Source: Chloroflexota bacterium (lineage in GTDB: Bacteria; Chloroflexota; UBA11872; VXOZ01). Taken from it: a stretch of 64,000 nucleotides of DNA. The translations under genes were made by a program, and so were the position numbers. The notes beneath the pieces are model-generated. The model saw only the letters and a list, made by a program, of their open reading frames with translations, had not been told where the DNA came from and made no database searches. Shown here piece after piece: positions 61,689-64,000 of this stretch. Where the stretch lies: contig OZ244922.1 in NCBI GenBank assembly GCA_965221905.1, positions 1,248,001-1,312,000 on the forward strand, in the 5' to 3' direction. The stretch's first letter is position 1, and each line of letters begins with the position of its first letter.

Positions 61689-62810
61689 ATGACCGCAGCG
61701 ACAGCAACTGACCTGGTCCACGCAGCGATCGCGGAAAGAGGCAGGATATCCTTTGCCGAATTCATGCAGATCGCGCTCTATGCACCGGATGTGGGTTACT
61801 ATTCTGCTTCTGCTAGTTATTCACGCGCAGGCGGAAGTTCAGAGCGGAAGTCCCACTCCGGCCCGCCCCACGACTACTATACTGCGCCGCAGCTTCACGC
61901 GGTGTTTGGCACGTACATAGCCCGTCATCTGGCGCAGGTCTGGCAAGAACTTGGCGAGCCACAGCACTTTGACATCGTAGAGATGGGTGCAGGCCGCGGA
62001 ATCCTGGCGTGGGACATTCTCAATGGGTTGCGTAATGAGATGCCGCAGTGTTGGAGATGCGCGCACTACCAGTTGGTGGATCGCGGTCCCGGGCCTAGCT
62101 CCGAGCAGCAGCAGGCGCTCACTGCGGCTTCGGCGCATGACGTTGTCATCGGTCAAACGCTCACGGCGCCGGTAGTCGGTGTCGTGCTCTCGAACGAACT
62201 GCTGGATGCGCTGCCGGTGCATCGGGTACGACTCAATGGCGGTGCTTTGCGGGAGGTCTACGTAGCGGAGCGCGATGGTCGACTGCGGGAGGAATTTGAC
62301 GACCCATCCTGCCCGGAACTTGGAGCCTACGTGGAGCGCTTGGGCCGGCCGCCGGTAGGCTGGCAAGGTGAGATTTGCCTGGCAGCCCCGGCATGGCTTC
62401 AGACAGTTGCGGAAAAACTGACACGAGGTGCGGTGATTACGATAGACTACGGTGCGACGTGGGAGGAGTTGTGCGGCTCACGGCATTTGGGCGGTACCCT
62501 CGCTTGCTACTACCGCCACCGCGTCAGTAAGGATCCCTATTGCCGCATCGGCACTCAGGATATCACCGCCCACGTGAACTTTTCCGCGCTAATGGAGTAT
62601 GGTGAAAGTGTTGGCCTGTCCACGATACGTTATCAGTCTCAGGCGGAATACCTGATGGACTTGGGAATTGGCGAGCAATTGGCTGAACTCGCTCGCCAGC
62701 CTGCTACCACAGAGTCGATACGAGCGAAGCGTGCGATCACTGATCTCATCTGGCCCGACGGCCTTGGAGGCTTTCGTGTCTTGGTTCAGGAAAAGGGTGT
62801 GCTATACTAG
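61689..62810 (+). CDS. SAM-dependent methyltransferase, MidA/NDUFAF7 family
   Basis: FAEFMQIALY..GYY, EMGAGRG, SNELLDALP, IDYG, QDITAHVNF. Confidence 0.9.
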   Translation: MTAATATDLVHAAIAERGRISFAEFMQIALYAPDVGYYSASASYSRAGGSSERKSHSGPPHDYYTAPQLHAVFGTYIARHLAQVWQELGEPQHFDIVEMGAGRGILAWDILNGLRNEMPQCWRCAHYQLVDRGPGPSSEQQQALTAASAHDVVIGQTLTAPVVGVVLSNELLDALPVHRVRLNGGALREVYVAERDGRLREEFDDPSCPELGAYVERLGRPPVGWQGEICLAAPAWLQTVAEKLTRGAVITIDYGATWEELCGSRHLGGTLACYYRHRVSKDPYCRIGTQDITAHVNFSALMEYGESVGLSTIRYQSQAEYLMDLGIGEQLAELARQPATTESIRAKRAITDLIWPDGLGGFRVLVQEKGVLY

Positions 62811-62962
62811 CTAGCGTTCGCTTTGATTTGCCCCTGCTCGTAACGCCGCAATTGTGTCTCCCATGGACCATAGACCAATGTGATGCGCTCGGCAGCGAGT
62901 GCATTAGCTACGGACCACCCGGCGTCAACACTTGGCAATAACAGAACGAGGATCGTCTGCGA

Positions 62963-64000
62963 ATGGGAAAGCTAGCCTTGACCGGTGGAACGCCGCTCGT
63001 TGATTCGCCGTTGGGGGCAACCTGGCCGGTGTACGATGAACGCGACGAGCGGGCGCTTCATGACGTGTTGCAGAGCCGGTCCTGGACACGTTCTAAGTTT
63101 CAAGGGGAAGAGTCGTGGGTGTGGCGATTTGAAGAGGCCTTTGCTGCGTTTCAAGACGCACGGCACGGCGTGGCGGTGGCGACAGGGTCGATAGGCATGG
63201 AACTGGCCCTGAAGGCAGTAGGCGTCGAGCCCGGCGATGAAGTCATCATTCCGGCGGCTACGTGGATAACTGTGGCCACGGCAGTAGTCGCCGTTGGCGC
63301 CGCGCCAGTGTTTGTTGACATCGACCCCGGTACGTTCAACATCGACGCCGGCAAGATCGCTGACGCGATTACGCCCAAGACCCGGGCGGTTATGTGCGTC
63401 CATAATGGGGGAATGCCCGCCGACATGGATGCTCTGCGGGCTCTCGTTGACAAGCATGGGATCGCGCTCGTCGGCGACTGCGCACATGCGCACGGCAGCC
63501 AATGGCGGGGCCGCGGCGTGGGCGCCATCGAGGACGCGGGCGCGTTCAGCTTTCAGGGAAGTAAAGTGGTAGCCTTGGGTGAAGGCGGCATGGTGCTCAC
63601 CGACCGCGACGACTTGCAAGAGCGGCTATACGGCTTGCACCACGTGAACGGCGTGAACGGACGTCCGATGCCGGCGCAATCGCTGCCCGCCACCAACCTG
63701 CGCATGACGGAGTGGATCGGCGCCCTCGGCATCGCGGCCATGGAGCGGTTACCGGAGCAAATTGCCATCCGTGAGGCAAACGTGCGCTATCTGATACAGG
63801 GATTGGCCGAAATACCGGGTGTGGATAGTCTCGTTTGGGACCCACGTGTGACGCGCTGGAGCTTCTACATCTGGCATTGGCGTTTCTTGGGTGCGAAATT
63901 CGAGGGTATTCAACGCGACACCTTCCTGGCCGCGCTGAAGGGCGAAGGTGTACCGACAAGTACTGGCCAGACTGCGCCGCTCTACCGGCATCCGGCGCTC
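62963..64000 (+). CDS. DegT/DnrJ/EryC1/StrS aminotransferase, partial (runs off window)
   Basis: Manual translation MGKLALTGG...PGDEVIIPA...VFVDID...DCAHAHG..FSFQGSKVVALGEGG. Confidence 0.88.
   Translation, partial: MGKLALTGGTPLVDSPLGATWPVYDERDERALHDVLQSRSWTRSKFQGEESWVWRFEEAFAAFQDARHGVAVATGSIGMELALKAVGVEPGDEVIIPAATWITVATAVVAVGAAPVFVDIDPGTFNIDAGKIADAITPKTRAVMCVHNGGMPADMDALRALVDKHGIALVGDCAHAHGSQWRGRGVGAIEDAGAFSFQGSKVVALGEGGMVLTDRDDLQERLYGLHHVNGVNGRPMPAQSLPATNLRMTEWIGALGIAAMERLPEQIAIREANVRYLIQGLAEIPGVDSLVWDPRVTRWSFYIWHWRFLGAKFEGIQRDTFLAALKGEGVPTSTGQTAPLYRHPAL

Overview
Bacterial chromosomal window of roughly 60% GC. Gene content and style suggest Chloroflexota (inference only). It carries housekeeping genes (phoU, rho, mutS, dcd, proA, tsaC/sua5, nfo, class II nrdJ with NrdR boxes, proVWX-like transporter, ycaQ-like glycosylase, IlvD/Edd dehydratase), many sugar/sulfate catabolic paralogs, and several REP-like palindrome families. 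Highlights read from the sequence: (1) a complete IS110 element inserted in a REP palindrome, whose bridge-RNA guides, CT core and circle-junction promoter can be decoded by eye; (2) two probable selenoproteins that the ORF track misses or splits (SelW/Rdx CxxU; OsmC with Sec); (3) two REP-associated tyrosine transposases carrying REP palindromes in-frame in their own coding sequence and flanking a Phd-VapC toxin-antitoxin pair; (4) an operon of a tandem-AAA ATPase, an acidic-linker vWA/MIDAS protein and an apparently inactive CAAX-protease-like membrane protein; (5) a candidate ~250-nt structured ncRNA behind a near-consensus promoter; (6) a probable CTG start and C-rich leader for rho. All calls come from motif reading. 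No database searches were run.
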